From assembly GCF_006345805.1 (NCBI RefSeq), contig NC_043003.1:76508001-76572000 (forward strand): a DNA stretch of 64,000 nucleotides. The letters are read 5' to 3'. Positions within the stretch are counted from its first letter, which is position 1. Each line of letters begins with the position of its first letter. Below the pieces are notes generated by a model, which saw only the letters and a list, made by a program, of their open reading frames with translations, was not told the origin of the DNA and searched no databases. This document shows, piece after piece, positions 13,081 through 26,218 of the stretch. This DNA is from Octopus sinensis (lineage: Eukaryota). A program made the position numbers and the translations under genes.

Positions 13081-13999
13081 TACAGTAGCTGGACGGGTTT
13101 AGTCAAGTACATTGATCTCAGTATTTGACTGGGATATGATTTTATCAAGCCTCAATAGATGAAAGGTAAAGTTGACAATTGCAGCATGTGAAACTAGAAT
13201 AGAGGGAACCGGAAAAATTTCCGGTAAGAAAAATGTCGGACGCGCCAATGATTGTGCAGCATCTTTGATGTCCAGATTGAAATAGGCTGATGCTTACGTG
13301 TAAAAGGTGGAGTGGATTAAAGTTCTATTCTGGATATATTTATTTAGTTGAATGTGTATTACAGAGATTAACGGTTTAGGTAAACTGTAGAAGGCCAATC
13401 CAAGTTTGTTAAAATATCTCGGCAGCAGACGTTGCAGATGCTTTTTAGATCAAGTTAATTTAGTTATTGATGAAACAATGACAAAAGACTAGATTACAGG
13501 TTATATGTTGTGCTTATAACTAAAAGCTTTCCAATTTTCTAACTGGAACAGAAACTGAACTTAAAATCTATGACAGTCAATTCCTCAAGTAGTTACATAT
13601 GAATATCAAGAAATTTGGAAATGTCAAATGTTACAGTTTGGCATCTAGGAGCAGACATATTGTACAACGTGACTTCATGACAGCTGGTTACTGTTCCAAT
13701 CCTTATGGACTCTTGGACACCCTGGGAACTGTTTTGTTTTTTGTCACTCATAGCATTCATATGATATGTTATTGAATGTATGGTTCTATTGATCCGATTG
13801 GTTGACGTTGTTATATAGGTTATCTGTGCTAACAATGCCATTAGCTGTCAGTTGTAATTTTCCATCTGCAATGGAAAATTGCGACTCGGTCAATCTACAT
13901 TGTAAATCAATAGTAATTTGCATAAGTTATATTTTTGTTTCTCTTGGGAAATGGAGCAACATCACAAATTCCCATTCCTACTTTCGTTAACAATATCAG

Positions 14000-14021
14000 G
14001 TTTCATGGCCTCAGAACTGTG
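14000..14021 (+). CDS. Candidate 22-bp microexon
   Basis: ctttcgttaacaatatcag|...GTG|gtaagt; all three frames are open. Confidence 0.25.
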
Positions 14022-16358
14022 GTAAGTTATCGACATAACATAATCAAATGGCTTTAAAATGGAGCATAAGGACTTTTAGAATAGAAATTAACGCAACTAC
14101 GAAACACCCATCAAATGGCTTGCACATTTCATTTGAAACTGGTAATTGCACGTGATTTAATGGTTTAATTATTGGAGGAATTAGCTTTCACACCGATAGC
14201 TAATTGCTATAAGATGGAATAAAGTAGCAAACTAACATATTAAATGAGAATTAACTCGTTAGCCTATTTCTCATTGAACGTTTACGAGCGGACAGCTAAC
14301 ATGCAAGGAATTAATGATCGGTAGACAAAAATTAGCAAATTCATTTATGTATTTATATGACATTGGAGAATGGTAGAGGGGTAGAACTTGGAATGTATCG
14401 GACCTTGTGTGTTCTGCTATTTAGTCACGTTATTTTTATGTTCCGTGTTCAAATCTCCACGATGTTAGCGCTTTCGGCGTTGTTTAAGTAAGATATTCTT
14501 GCTTACTTTTAGCTCCTTATTGTCTCTGATTAATCACGCAGCATGACTTAGATAAATCCCAAACAAATACATAAGTCCTTATTATATATATCTGTGCATG
14601 TATGTATGCTTATATATGTGTGCATTTATGAATGATTTTGCGTGCGTGTGTCAACATATACACACTTGCTAATATGTGTATCGTTGGGTTACTTTTATGT
14701 CTTGATATTCAAATCTCTATTAGCTTGTTAATAAGCATCATATCGTTTGTTATGCTATGTGACACTTGTGTCCACGTGAGATGTACAAGAATTAAATTAT
14801 GGATATAGCAGAATAACTACTATGTAATTGTCTCAACATACAATTGGACAACAATTTGAACAGTAGTTAATAAGTAATGAGCTGGTTATTAGTGAAGATT
14901 CATTATCGTACCTCCTGTAAGAAGAGGAAAGAGCCATCAAGTGCATGTTGCTGGTTGTTCAAAACGGTGGTGAAGGTTTGTTTTCTTGTGATGCATGCTA
15001 AATGAAGGTATTTCAAAAGATGGATCTTATTACTTCATGTGTTCTTTCTCATTTCTGAAGATGGTAAAGACATAAATCTTATCAAGTACTCTAATCATCT
15101 TGAAATACGGCTTCTATTCTTGTCATTTAATATTCTTCACACACGTTTTCTTTATTATATGTAGTTGTTTTAAAATGAATCACCAAATTCTTTAAACGTT
15201 CTGTTATGATGTAGAAAATACATCACTGAATGAAATTACATAGTGAAGACAAATGAAAGTTTGGAAATTATTGTGAAAATTACGTATTACTGAAATATAA
15301 TTTTCCATTAGGTTTGCATCTAATGGGCAACGTGGTAGAAACGTTACCACGTCGGTCAAACGCCTAGAGGCATTTCTTCCTGCTGTGTAGTCAGCATTCA
15401 AAAGTCACCGACATCAGATTTACCTTTCACCCTTCAGAGTCAATGAAATAAAGTACCAGTTAAGAACTATAGTCGATGTAATGGACTTGGCTTTTTCCTC
15501 TCAAAACTGTTGGCATTGTGCCAAAACTTGTATCTATTAAGCGTATGTCTGTTTCATGTATTGTGTAAGACATATATATTCCTCAACTTTTCTTTCTCCG
15601 GTATTTTCCGTCATATTAGTTCATCGTTTATTCTGCACCTAAGTAATTCGTATCATAGTTTATGTACCTTATTTTTCTTCTTTGCCATAAATTCTTTCGT
15701 TTTTCTCTTCCTACTCACTATATTATATTTTCTCTTACGTTAACATATATTCTCAAATCACTTTATTATATATTCATAATTTCCAGGAAAGATTAGCAAA
15801 TTTCATCAAGATTTACTTATTTTAGTACATGAAATATTTATATTTCGATCTTTATCTTTAAATTTCCACCTGGTTTTCTCTAGATGTGAAGTGCCTAAAA
15901 TTAGCGACCATACATTTTTAACGTTCACTTTATTTCAATGTATTTCGATAAAATCCAGGGTTCCTAGAGATATTTCCAAAGAATTTACCCGCATAAAATT
16001 GTGCAAGGAAAGCTGGTAAATACGTCAGCAGTGCTGCATAGGAAAAGGTAGAACAAGCAGGAGATTATATCAAAGTATTTTGTGTTCACATTAAAGTAGT
16101 GTCGACTTCATTATCGATCCCGAGTTAGAGGCAGCACAACGTAATGAGAACATAATGAGAAATCATCCTTCTACGGATGTAAAACTACTCAAAATATAAA
16201 ACACTGGTTATCAAAATCCAAGATTTAACCTCTTCATTGAATTGTTGGTAAATCACATTCGTATCATAATTTTCAAAATAAAATTTTAAAAATACGCACG
16301 GTCAAAAGGAAAACTGGCACAAGTGTTAGAGATAAATTAATACCCATTGCTACAGAGA

Positions 16359-16577
16359 AAATGGAAGGCAACGAGCGAGTAGAGTCGTTAACGCGACGAA
16401 CAAGATTCTAAGTACCATTTATTCCAGCTTTACGTTCTGAGTTCAAATTCCGCCGCGGTAGACTTCGCCTTTCATCCTGTCGGAGTCGATAACATAAGTA
16501 TCTGTCAAGTACTGAAGTCAGTAAAATCGACTAGTCCCTCCCACCAAATTCCATGCCTTATGCCTAGAGTAGAAATA
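16359..16577 (+). mobile_element. SINE-like family A copy with a 13-bp TSD
   Basis: attgctacagaga at 16346-16358 and 16578-16590. Confidence 0.85.
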
Positions 16578-17204
16578 ATTGCTACAGAGATAGTAAAAAA
16601 CGTATAGGAATTAATTCAAATTATCAGTGAGGTGTGATAGATTATCACGCTGAAACTTTTCTTCATTACACGACATTTTCCGTAATTCGAGAATGACGTT
16701 CTAAATGTTGTCTGTTAAGCACAATTTATTTTCAACTTACGTAAATAATCTCTACATGATAGACTGTGCCTGTTTATATTAACCATCAATCTTCAGTCCA
16801 ATCCTGCATTCTCTTTGACTAGGCAAAAAGTGTTGTTCACGCTATCTTACGCAAATACACTACCATTTTCGGTATTTTTCATTGTTTCGATAGACTATTT
16901 TTAGTATTGTCTTACACAATCATACCAACCACAATTCTTTGTCAACTACTTACATAAAAGCATATATATGAACGCACTCACAGATATATGCAAGTATATG
17001 TGCGTATGTGTATGTGTATATATATATGTGTATAAATATTTCCTCTTCGGATTTGGTTTGCAAGATTTTTTTATGTGAGTTCGTGTGTTGAAGCATATTT
17101 TGTTGTGTCTGGGGAGGATCATTCTCTTTTAGTGCTTCATTATTTAACACACTCACCTGTAAAGCTTCCACCCATTTAATTATTTATAATATATATACAT
17201 ATAT

Positions 17205-17278
<74 letters not shown>

Positions 17279-17326
17279 TATATATTATATATATAAGCGA
17301 GAAAGAAGCAACAAGAATGGATAGGT

Positions 17327-17416
17327 TTTTAGTACGATCGTTTCATACAAGGACAGGTTTTATTAAAGTTGCAAAGATTACAGCATATAAACGAGTCCCG
17401 TACTCATCAGCTAAAA
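17327..17416 (-). ncRNA. Type I hammerhead ribozyme motif (mirror copy in the left palindrome arm)
   Basis: Reverse complement of 17647-17736. Confidence 0.72.
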
Positions 17417-17646
17417 TACATGTAAGTTCTCCAGACATCCTAGTGTTTGAGGCTATACTCATGAAGTAATGTAGATAATTAACAGATTTCTAAAGTTCAT
17501 TAAGTTCTTTAAAGATGATGCATAGTCTGTGATAAGACTATGCATCATCTTTAAGAACTTAATGAACTTTAGAAATCTGTTTAATTATCTACATTACTTC
17601 ATGAGTATAGCCTCAAACACTAGGATGTCTGGAGAACTTACATGTA

Positions 17647-17736
17647 TTTTAGCTGATGAGTACGGGACTCGTTTATATGCTGTAATCTTGCAACTTTTAA
17701 TAAAACCTGTCCTTGTATGAAACGATCGTACTAAAA
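17647..17736 (+). ncRNA. Type I hammerhead ribozyme motif
   Basis: Stem I ttttag/ctaaaa; core CTGATGA (17653-17659); stem II gtacgggac/gtccttgtat; GAAA (17719-17722); palindromic stem III acgatcgt; predicted GUA cleavage after 17730. Confidence 0.75.
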
Positions 17737-17878
17737 CCTATCCATTCTTGTTGCTTCTTTCTCGCTTATAATCACCCCACTTACTGTATTGTTAAATCAG
17801 TATAGTTTTTTTGGTGCATCTAAGTTAGGTACCATATTCAAGTAAATTTTTTAATTAACTTGAATCTTTATTGCTCTT

Positions 17879-17925
<47 letters not shown>

Positions 17926-18654
17926 ATATATATGTTATTTATATCATTATATGATTAAACGCCACGCATCCTCTTCCAAGTAAGTTTTATCTAAATATTT
18001 CTGATGCGCACTCCATACAATCATGTTACTCTTTCGTTTTTCTCTGTTCACCCTTATTCATTTACCTCCTTCTCCCACTATTCTATCCTATTACTCTGTC
18101 ACTCTCTCTCCCTCACTCATTCTCCGTTGCTCACGTGGCTTCCACGTAACTATCGGCCATCTTGCTTTCCTGCTTTCCGTTGTAGCTGGATCAAGGATTT
18201 TGAGTTACGCGTTCACCACCACAACCACGTTTAGGCTTAGCAGCCCTTCCTGTTTGTTTTCACTGTCCTGTTTATGTTACCTATTTTGGCCCTCGGCAAA
18301 ATCCCAAATTTTATGTAATTTGATTTCCGGGAGCAACTGTTTTATCGAAAGCGTATATTGTTGTTAAATGCTTGAAATACGAGACTAGGTTACAGAAGGA
18401 TCGTTCTTTATGTCCTTTGTTTTGTTTTCCATCTGTGTTTTTCGTTGTTCGAAAGAATAGTTTGTGTTCCATGTACTCGTGCTTCGTACTTTTTCGTTGT
18501 ACACGTTTCGTGATGTCCTGTGCCCACACACACATATATATATATACGTATAGATGCAGGTATATATATATATACGTTTGTATATATGTACATGTATATA
18601 TATATATACGTATAGATGTATGTTTATCTACGTACGTATATATATATATATATG

Positions 18655-18730
<76 letters not shown>

Positions 18731-18752
18731 TAGAGATAGATAGATAGATAGG

Positions 18753-18808
<56 letters not shown>

Positions 18809-19201
18809 CAGATAGATAGATAGATACACACATATTGCTATGCCACACACGGTCTCCCGAAACCACCAACAGGCTCAAACTGTGTGTATCCGATAGGTCA
18901 GAAGACCTTAGGCGAGCTCAGCAAACCAAATTGCTTAGACCTGAGGAGGCAGTAGTCAATCAAGGAAGTCAGGAGAGTTAAAAATAACAAACAAAACCAT
19001 TGAGTATAACCAAAATAAAAGAACTTTAATGAAGTGGCGAATAAACATTTATGGAATAAATAGACAGTTGTTCAGTTAGTTTTTAGAGATTTCTTTAATT
19101 TATCTTTGAAATATGCATACTTCTTCTGGTGACCTCTTCTTTTATTTACTAGTCTATTGATTTATTTTTTTCTTTTTTAATCTTTTTTTCCGACTACTCT
19201 G

Positions 19202-19747
19202 TTGTTACTGCTGAATTCGCGGTGCTACTCCACATACTTTATGTTGCCAAGTTCACTTTTCACATTAAGTACCGAAACCAATTTCACACGCGACACCAAA
19301 TTCATGTTCAAAATTAATTTCCCGGCACCATCTCATACATCATCTGCCTCACATAAGCCGCATGGCACCTACATAAAACCGCTCTCATCGACTTCCCACC
19401 ACATCTCACCTCAACGTCCCCCATCGACTTCCAGCAGATTTGGAACCACATGTTCGACACCGTCGCATCCCGTTCACATCGAATTTCAGCACGAACTAAC
19501 ACGCCACATGTTAACCGGTAGTCCTTATATTTCGCCCACACATCATACCCCAAAATCATATCGCCTACGCTTTAAAAAGTCATATGACCACAATCAATTA
19601 TTTTTCCGTAGGTAAGTAATTTTTTTATGTTATTCATATATGCCCCTCCTTATGCACCGCTTAAAAGTCTCACTTTTCCCCAGTTTTTATTCCTCGATCC
19701 TATCGCCAAAGGAATATTTGCAAGCTAGGAACACGAGCAGCGCGTAA
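19202..19747 (+). other. 137-codon ORF followed by a candidate 72-nt GT-AG intron (19612-19683); splicing would extend the ORF to 19747
   Basis: CGTAG|gtaagt ... ctcacttttccccag|; non-microsatellite, GC-richer sequence; product not recognised. Confidence 0.3.
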
Positions 19748-19780
19748 CATTAAATTACATATCATAATTACACCAACATT

Positions 19781-19872
<92 letters not shown>

Positions 19873-20924
19873 AGGAGGCACGGCCTAGGTATTAGGGTAT
19901 TGCACACATGATTGCAAGATAATGGGTTCAATTCCTAAAACGGGGTCTACGTTGTGTTTTTCAGCAAGATACTTCATCTCATGTTGATCTAAGATTACTT
20001 CGACACCTGACGTGTAGTTCACTGTGCATCTATTCGGGTAACGACGATTTGATGGAGCAAATGAGCCAATTTACAGTATTTAATGCATTTAATCACTATA
20101 AACAAATAATTGGTGCAGGTCATTTTGCAGCTACACATGCTTTTCGACGGCAGAGCCAATCTTATATACATTTGTTAAAGACTAGTAAATAAATTTCGCA
20201 GGCAGTGTAGCTGTGAAAACAGCAGAAAGTTTGGTTATTTTTACCCTTATAACAACCGAAATATTTGCCAGCAGATTTTTAATTATGCTAGACCACTGTT
20301 TTTAAATTGATATTAATCAAATTAATATTAAATTTTTCACCCTTATTATTTTAAATTTAAATCTAAATAGCTATGTTCTCTAACCAGCAAAATTCACCGC
20401 AGAGAATTATTTTATGCAGAAATATTTCCGGTAGCTTAGCGCTATAACGATGGCTTTTGAAAAGTGACTGCAATTTGTAACGGTAGAACTGTATACATGT
20501 TCAATCTCATGCGGATGTCCCGTCTATACTTCTGCAAATTATGGATGCTAAGATGATCATACTGACGAGTTTTGCGGATGATAACATAAACGATTATCTA
20601 AGCATTAACAAGGAAACCATGGTTTGTGATTAATCTATATTTTGTATCATTCCATTTGCTTTGATCGCTCACGTTTTGACGTTTGCTGAATTTTTCTGAA
20701 GAACATTCCTTTATTAGTGGTAAGACCATAGTGGATCTTCTTCTAGCATAATGGATGTCCACTTACAGGTCATCCTACTTTTATATGTATGTAATACAAT
20801 TTTTTCTGAAACTTCAGATTTTAAATATGCTAAACCACTGGTGTTAAATTGATATTAATCAAATTAATATTCGGTTTTTCACCCTTATTAAATTTAAATA
20901 TATATATATATATATACATACATA

Positions 20925-22165
20925 CAGGGTCTTGCAGAAAAACTGAGACCAATTTTAAGCAGTTGACTTTGTTTAACATTTCATTTTTGACAAAACGTTG
21001 CTTGCTTGAAAATGTAACCCTCCTTTATTTAGTTAAAAAGCGAACTGATTCGCCAACAATGTTATGGAAAAGCAGAATCATCTCACTGTAATTGTTTTGG
21101 CGCGCGCCCGGCGCACTTCCGATAAAATCGTTATGTTAATAAACTTCCAAAAGCAACAGCTTATCGTGCTTATAAAGAATGTCAAGACACATCATCCGAA
21201 GTGATTCCTTGTGCAATCCAAAGTTTTCTAGCTGGTCTCAAACGCTCGATTGTAGCCAACCTATCTACACCCATGACAACTGTTGCAAAGAAATGCAATG
21301 TGTCCCTTTCCACGGTGGCCAGAGCTGTGAACAGGAACTTTGGCATGACTAGCTATGGTTGACGACACCGTCACCTCCTAACAGTCAAGGTCAAAGTTAT
21401 CGGAGCCGAAAGATGACCAAAGCTTCTGTCATTCATCAAGCATCAAGGTTCAGGAAAAAGCCTTCGTGTTTGTGGAGGAGTAGTTTGCTGTGGACTCTGG
21501 AATGAATCGCTGAAATTCTCGAATGATTGCATACAACCCTTCTGAGTCCCCACTGCGTTTGAAACTAAGAATCCTACATCTGTGGTGGTATTTAGAGCCG
21601 TGGCGAGTGATGAAAGTGTCATAGATCCACACGTCATTGAGTCTGGGTTGAAGAACGGAACAAAGGAGTATCTGGACATCCTGAAGAACACTCTTGGATA
21701 GAAGAGAGGTTTGGACTTGACAATGTGATGCTTATCTAGGATTCTGCACCATGCCATAGTCCAAAAGCAACACAAGCCTTCCTTGGTGAGAAGGTGCCAT
21801 TTTTTGTGAGTGTCAACATGTGGCCCAGTTATAGCCCATATCACAAACTTCGCGATTACTTTGTATGGGGCGTACTTCAAGCAAGGAGCAATGCTTCACT
21901 ACACTCGAGTGTTAACAGTTTGAAGAACTGCACCGTGCGTGCGGCACAAAAAATTAAAAAGTTGCAGGCTGCGAAAGCTGCAACCGTATTTCGTTCTCGT
22001 GTGGAGGCAGGAATTGCTCAAAAGGGAACCCATATTGAGTGATAAATGTTTCTATTGTAGTAAATGTTAAACTAAAATTATATCTGTCTACTACCATTAT
22101 TTTAGTATTTTAGTATCTAAGTTTACGAATCTTAAGAATTATCTCAATTCAGCTGCAAGACCATG
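20925..22165 (+). mobile_element. Tc1/mariner-superfamily DNA transposon, maT-like DD37D, decayed
   Basis: TA|cagggtcttgcag...ctgcaagaccatg|TA imperfect TIRs. Transposase relic D-SAPCH...WPSYSPYHKLR-D-YFVWG has 37 residues between the two Asp; C-terminal FRSRVEAGIAQKGTHIE (ORF 21794-22042). Confidence 0.9.
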
Positions 22166-22478
22166 TATCTATATGTAAACACACACATATGGAAACTTCT
22201 GAAAAATAAATCTTGAGGTGTATTGTTCTTGGAATTGTGACACATATGTGCACCATGTTCTTTCTTTCATCACTTTCAAAAAGTATGGCTGGTTGTACAC
22301 AACCCAGCACTCTATAAATCAAATCAAATGTGTGGGTTTTCTGATGACTTACATTCGTTCAATCAATACCGTACAACTGGCGGGACACAAATGTCACATT
22401 GTATATAAGTATTATGAGTGACAAAAAAAATGTAAGTTGACAGATGCTCATTCGTCGAAACTGACGAGAGAGTCCATC

Positions 22479-22523
<45 letters not shown>

Positions 22524-22629
22524 GATATGTAAAAGAAAATACAAAATGTGACAAGAACGCATAACACTTAGAAGACGATACAACAAACACAGACAGGACA
22601 TTCGAAGCCCTCAGTCTTCAGTCATGTAT

Positions 22630-23044
22630 ATATATAATGTAGGATAAAACTTTTTTCGAAAAAAATTATTTTCAAAAAAATGTTTATCAATGGCCAGCAT
22701 ATTAAAAAATACCTTTAAAGGTTAAATTTATAAACAATTCATAGATAAGGGCAAACGAAAAAATTTCTAATGCCAAATATGCCGAAAAATTGACGCACGC
22801 TACTCGAAAAAAGGTGGACAGAAATTTCTAAAAAATTCCATTATTACCATATCGGACCGATTCCAGGGTTACCTTATAACAGCCCTCCTTTTGTCAGTGA
22901 TACATGTGGCAAAAGAAATAAATGAGATACTTACTCATACCCATGGAAAAATTGTGAAAATATATGGTTAATGGACAATATGTCCAATTTTTCGGCATAT
23001 TTGGCATTAGAAATTTTTTCGTTTGCCCTTATCTATGAATTGTT

Positions 23045-23048
<4 letters not shown>
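22630..23048. repeat. Dispersed repeat with a perfect 64-bp inverted duplication (22729-22792 / 22985-23048); homolog at about 36250-36500
   Basis: Arms are identical by direct comparison; the right arm ends in (TA)n. Confidence 0.9.
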
Positions 23049-23131
<83 letters not shown>

Positions 23132-23528
23132 GTATGTATGTATGTATACCTAGGTGTGAGCTTGTGTGTGTGTTTACGTTGTGTTTGTGTGTTTGTGCGT
23201 GTGTGTGTGTGTGTATTGAGACGAGAAATATAACTAGAAAGACAGACGGACAGATGGCTAAACAGATAGATACACAAACAGACAGACAGATATATACATA
23301 CGCACGTACATATATACAAGCTTTAAGATTTCCTATGGCTCAAAATGGACTACGAGAACCAATCGAATTGCCAGAATTTGGAACCCCCTTCTATCTCATT
23401 TCTTACCCACTTCTTCATTTCTCCTTCTTCATAGTGCCTTACACCAAGTGGCTTATCGCCTTGCTTTCGACTTTCTAAGACGAAAAAAAACTATTATATT
23501 TATTCTTTATTTCAATATACTCTACACT

Positions 23529-23900
23529 GTGGAGGCGCAATGGCCCAGTGGTTAGGGCAGCGGACTCGCGGTCATAGGATTGCGGTTTCGATTCCCAGAC
23601 CGGGCGTTGTGAGTGTTTATTGAGCGAAAACACCTAAAGTTCCACGAGGCTCCGGCAGGGATGGTGGTGATCCCTGCTGTACTCTTTCTCTCACTCTTAC
23701 TTCCTGTTTCTGTTGTACCTGTATTTCAAAGGGCCGGCCTTGTCACTCTCTGTGTCACGCTGAATATCCCCGAGAACTACGTTCAGGGTACGCGTGTCTG
23801 TGAAGTGCTCAGCCACTTACACGTTAATTTCACGAGCAGGCTGTTCCGTTGATTCGGATCAACCCTCGTCGTCGTAGCCGACGGAGTGCTTCCACCATCC
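23529..23900 (+). mobile_element. tRNA-derived SINE, full length, 12-bp TSD
   Basis: A-box-like tggcccagtgg and B-box-like ggtttcgattccc; atactctacact at 23517-23528 and 23901-23912. Confidence 0.9.
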
Positions 23901-23912
23901 ATACTCTACACT

Positions 23913-26142
23913 AACCTTGTATTCTGCATCATTCCAATACTTTGGTAGTTTCGTTGGAGAAGGAATGTTTGTTCTTGTATCAAGTATCCTTCTGTCGCAA
24001 TTTTCAATCCTACATCTCTCAATTAATAACGAATTACCTTTACCAACTTCCTTCAGTATTGTGTAGTGTTGGTCATATGGTGGCTTATTTCTCAGCCTCG
24101 TCTTAACATTTTGTAATTCCATTTTCCCATTTTGTTATTACGTTAAGTTGCTGATTCCCCATCCTCTTTGCATTTGCCGTTTACTTCAGCGTCATCTATG
24201 TTATAATTTATTGGCTTCCTCGAAGACAGAAAACATTTTTTTTTTCATGTAAAAATAATCTTTCTGTGTCGTCTTTTGGGTTCTGTTTTCTAAATGCAGT
24301 TACTATTCGACTTCTTTTCTTGTCTAGTCTCGCTAATTCATTTAGCTTTCAGTTGATAATATTATAACTATAACTTATTACTGGAACAGCTGTATATTAC
24401 CATGTGTTTGCTATTTATCTCTGTTTTCAATATTAATGTAATTCTTCTATACTATTCTTACATATAATGTTCTTTCATATATGTATGTACTTTGTCTCGT
24501 CTTGCTCATTAATTCTTAAGTATTTGTAAGTCTTTATGTTTCTTCTAATTCTGCTGTTTATGTTGTTTTATCTAACATGATATTAGTGTTTCGTATTAAT
24601 GTTCCTCTCTTCAAGATTGTCTAAACCAAATTTTTTGCCAATTACACTACTGAATCTGTGCATCGTATGTAATATTGTTTCCACTTTCATTTTTATCTTC
24701 AGACTTGTACATCATAGCATAGTGGTGAATTAGTTTGTTTTGCAATTCCGATGTCGCAGTTCAGATGGCTCTGAGTGCCGCATCGTAGCCATGTATCTTC
24801 TGCCACACCCTCGATTTGAGTCGATATTTAATAAGGTATCCAGGTAGGTGGAACAGTGCGGAAGTACGTTCACTGGACTACATTCTTAAAGCTGTTAAAC
24901 TGACCTGTTCCACATTAAACCATGATGCTTCTCATTAAGAATATTCTTAAGTACAACAATCGTTTCAGGGAACTACGCTATCTGGAAATGTGTGTATAGA
25001 TCTGTTCGTTGAACGACAGAAGGACGCATCGCTCAAACAGGCGGATAATTTATATTATAGTTTGAAATCGCACTGTCCCAGTCTAACTTTACAATGTTGG
25101 TTGAAATATCTGTGGCAGTCAAGTGCCTTGGAACATTTCTTGTGATTAGTAGGATAGGATTCGTGTTTGCACTTCATTCACTTTTTTACATTGATTGAAT
25201 TATTTGTCATTTGCACATGACATGTTTAATTACCTGTTTAGTTTTAATTACTACGTTGTTCAACCCATGTTTGTTGATATCCTACGTTTCCGAAACACCG
25301 TAAAAACTTGTACTGTAAGCTATCCATCACTTGTTTCTTTCACAATATCATTTTGGAATGCATTGACATTTGCGAGTATTTGACTCTTTCCAGTATCCCC
25401 TATGATCATGAATAAATTGTGTTTTGCTAGGGTAATCATGTATTATCTGCATCATTATTGCAACTAAAAGTTTGTTAGCTACAATAAGGCAGTTAATGGG
25501 TCGGCAGTGTTGAGATGTTGTTATTTATCTCCGGATATAAGGTTTTCTTTGTTATTGATGCATTATCAGCTGTTGTTGCTAATTGTTTCTGGAGATTATT
25601 CGATATAGCAATTACTCCAAGCATGCCTGTTGAATATATCAGAGATTTGAGGCTTTATCTTTTCCTTGGATTTAGATTTTTTAGAGTCTAGGCTGCCTCT
25701 GCAGGAGGCCTGGTTAAACCATCACGCATAATAAGGTACTCTACAGGATAGTCTGAAATTTGTCAGGCTTGAAAATCCCCTAGCTCTTCACGAAATACTT
25801 CGATCTGTAAATTATTGTTTCTTTTGACGCTCATTTTAATTAGTTCATTAAATCATTTTTTAGTTGCAATCCGAATATTTGTTTCGTTCGAAGAACAATC
25901 ATCGTTTTCGCAAAGACGAATTCTAGCTATGATCTTTTATTTTGCGCATACTTTCTCTTCAATGTTATATTTCTGTATTATTTGTCTGACTTGCTTTCAA
26001 TTTCAGTTGTGTGGCTTCTTTATTGATCACATGGTGGATTGAAAAGTCATTTATTTTTTTTTTTATTTCTTCATGTTTCTCAGGTTGTGAGCTTGGGATT
26101 TGATACATACATACATACACACATACATACATACATATACAT

Positions 26143-26218
<76 letters not shown>

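Larger units (their letters stand above)
17292..17770. repeat. 479-bp near-perfect palindrome (about 237-bp arms, 6-nt spacer at 17529-17534)
   Basis: Right arm is the reverse complement of the left; the differences I found are 1-nt homopolymer indels. Confidence 0.97.

Noticed and set aside
18850-18960. cccGAAAcc and CTGAGGA as a permuted hammerhead
   Set aside because: No consistent stems I-III or cleavage triplet
23529-23605. tRNA-like sequences here, at about 61830-61900 and at about 63265-63336
   Set aside because: They are SINE heads (A/B-box-like motifs continuing into SINE bodies, two with TSDs); I did not find a complete cloverleaf
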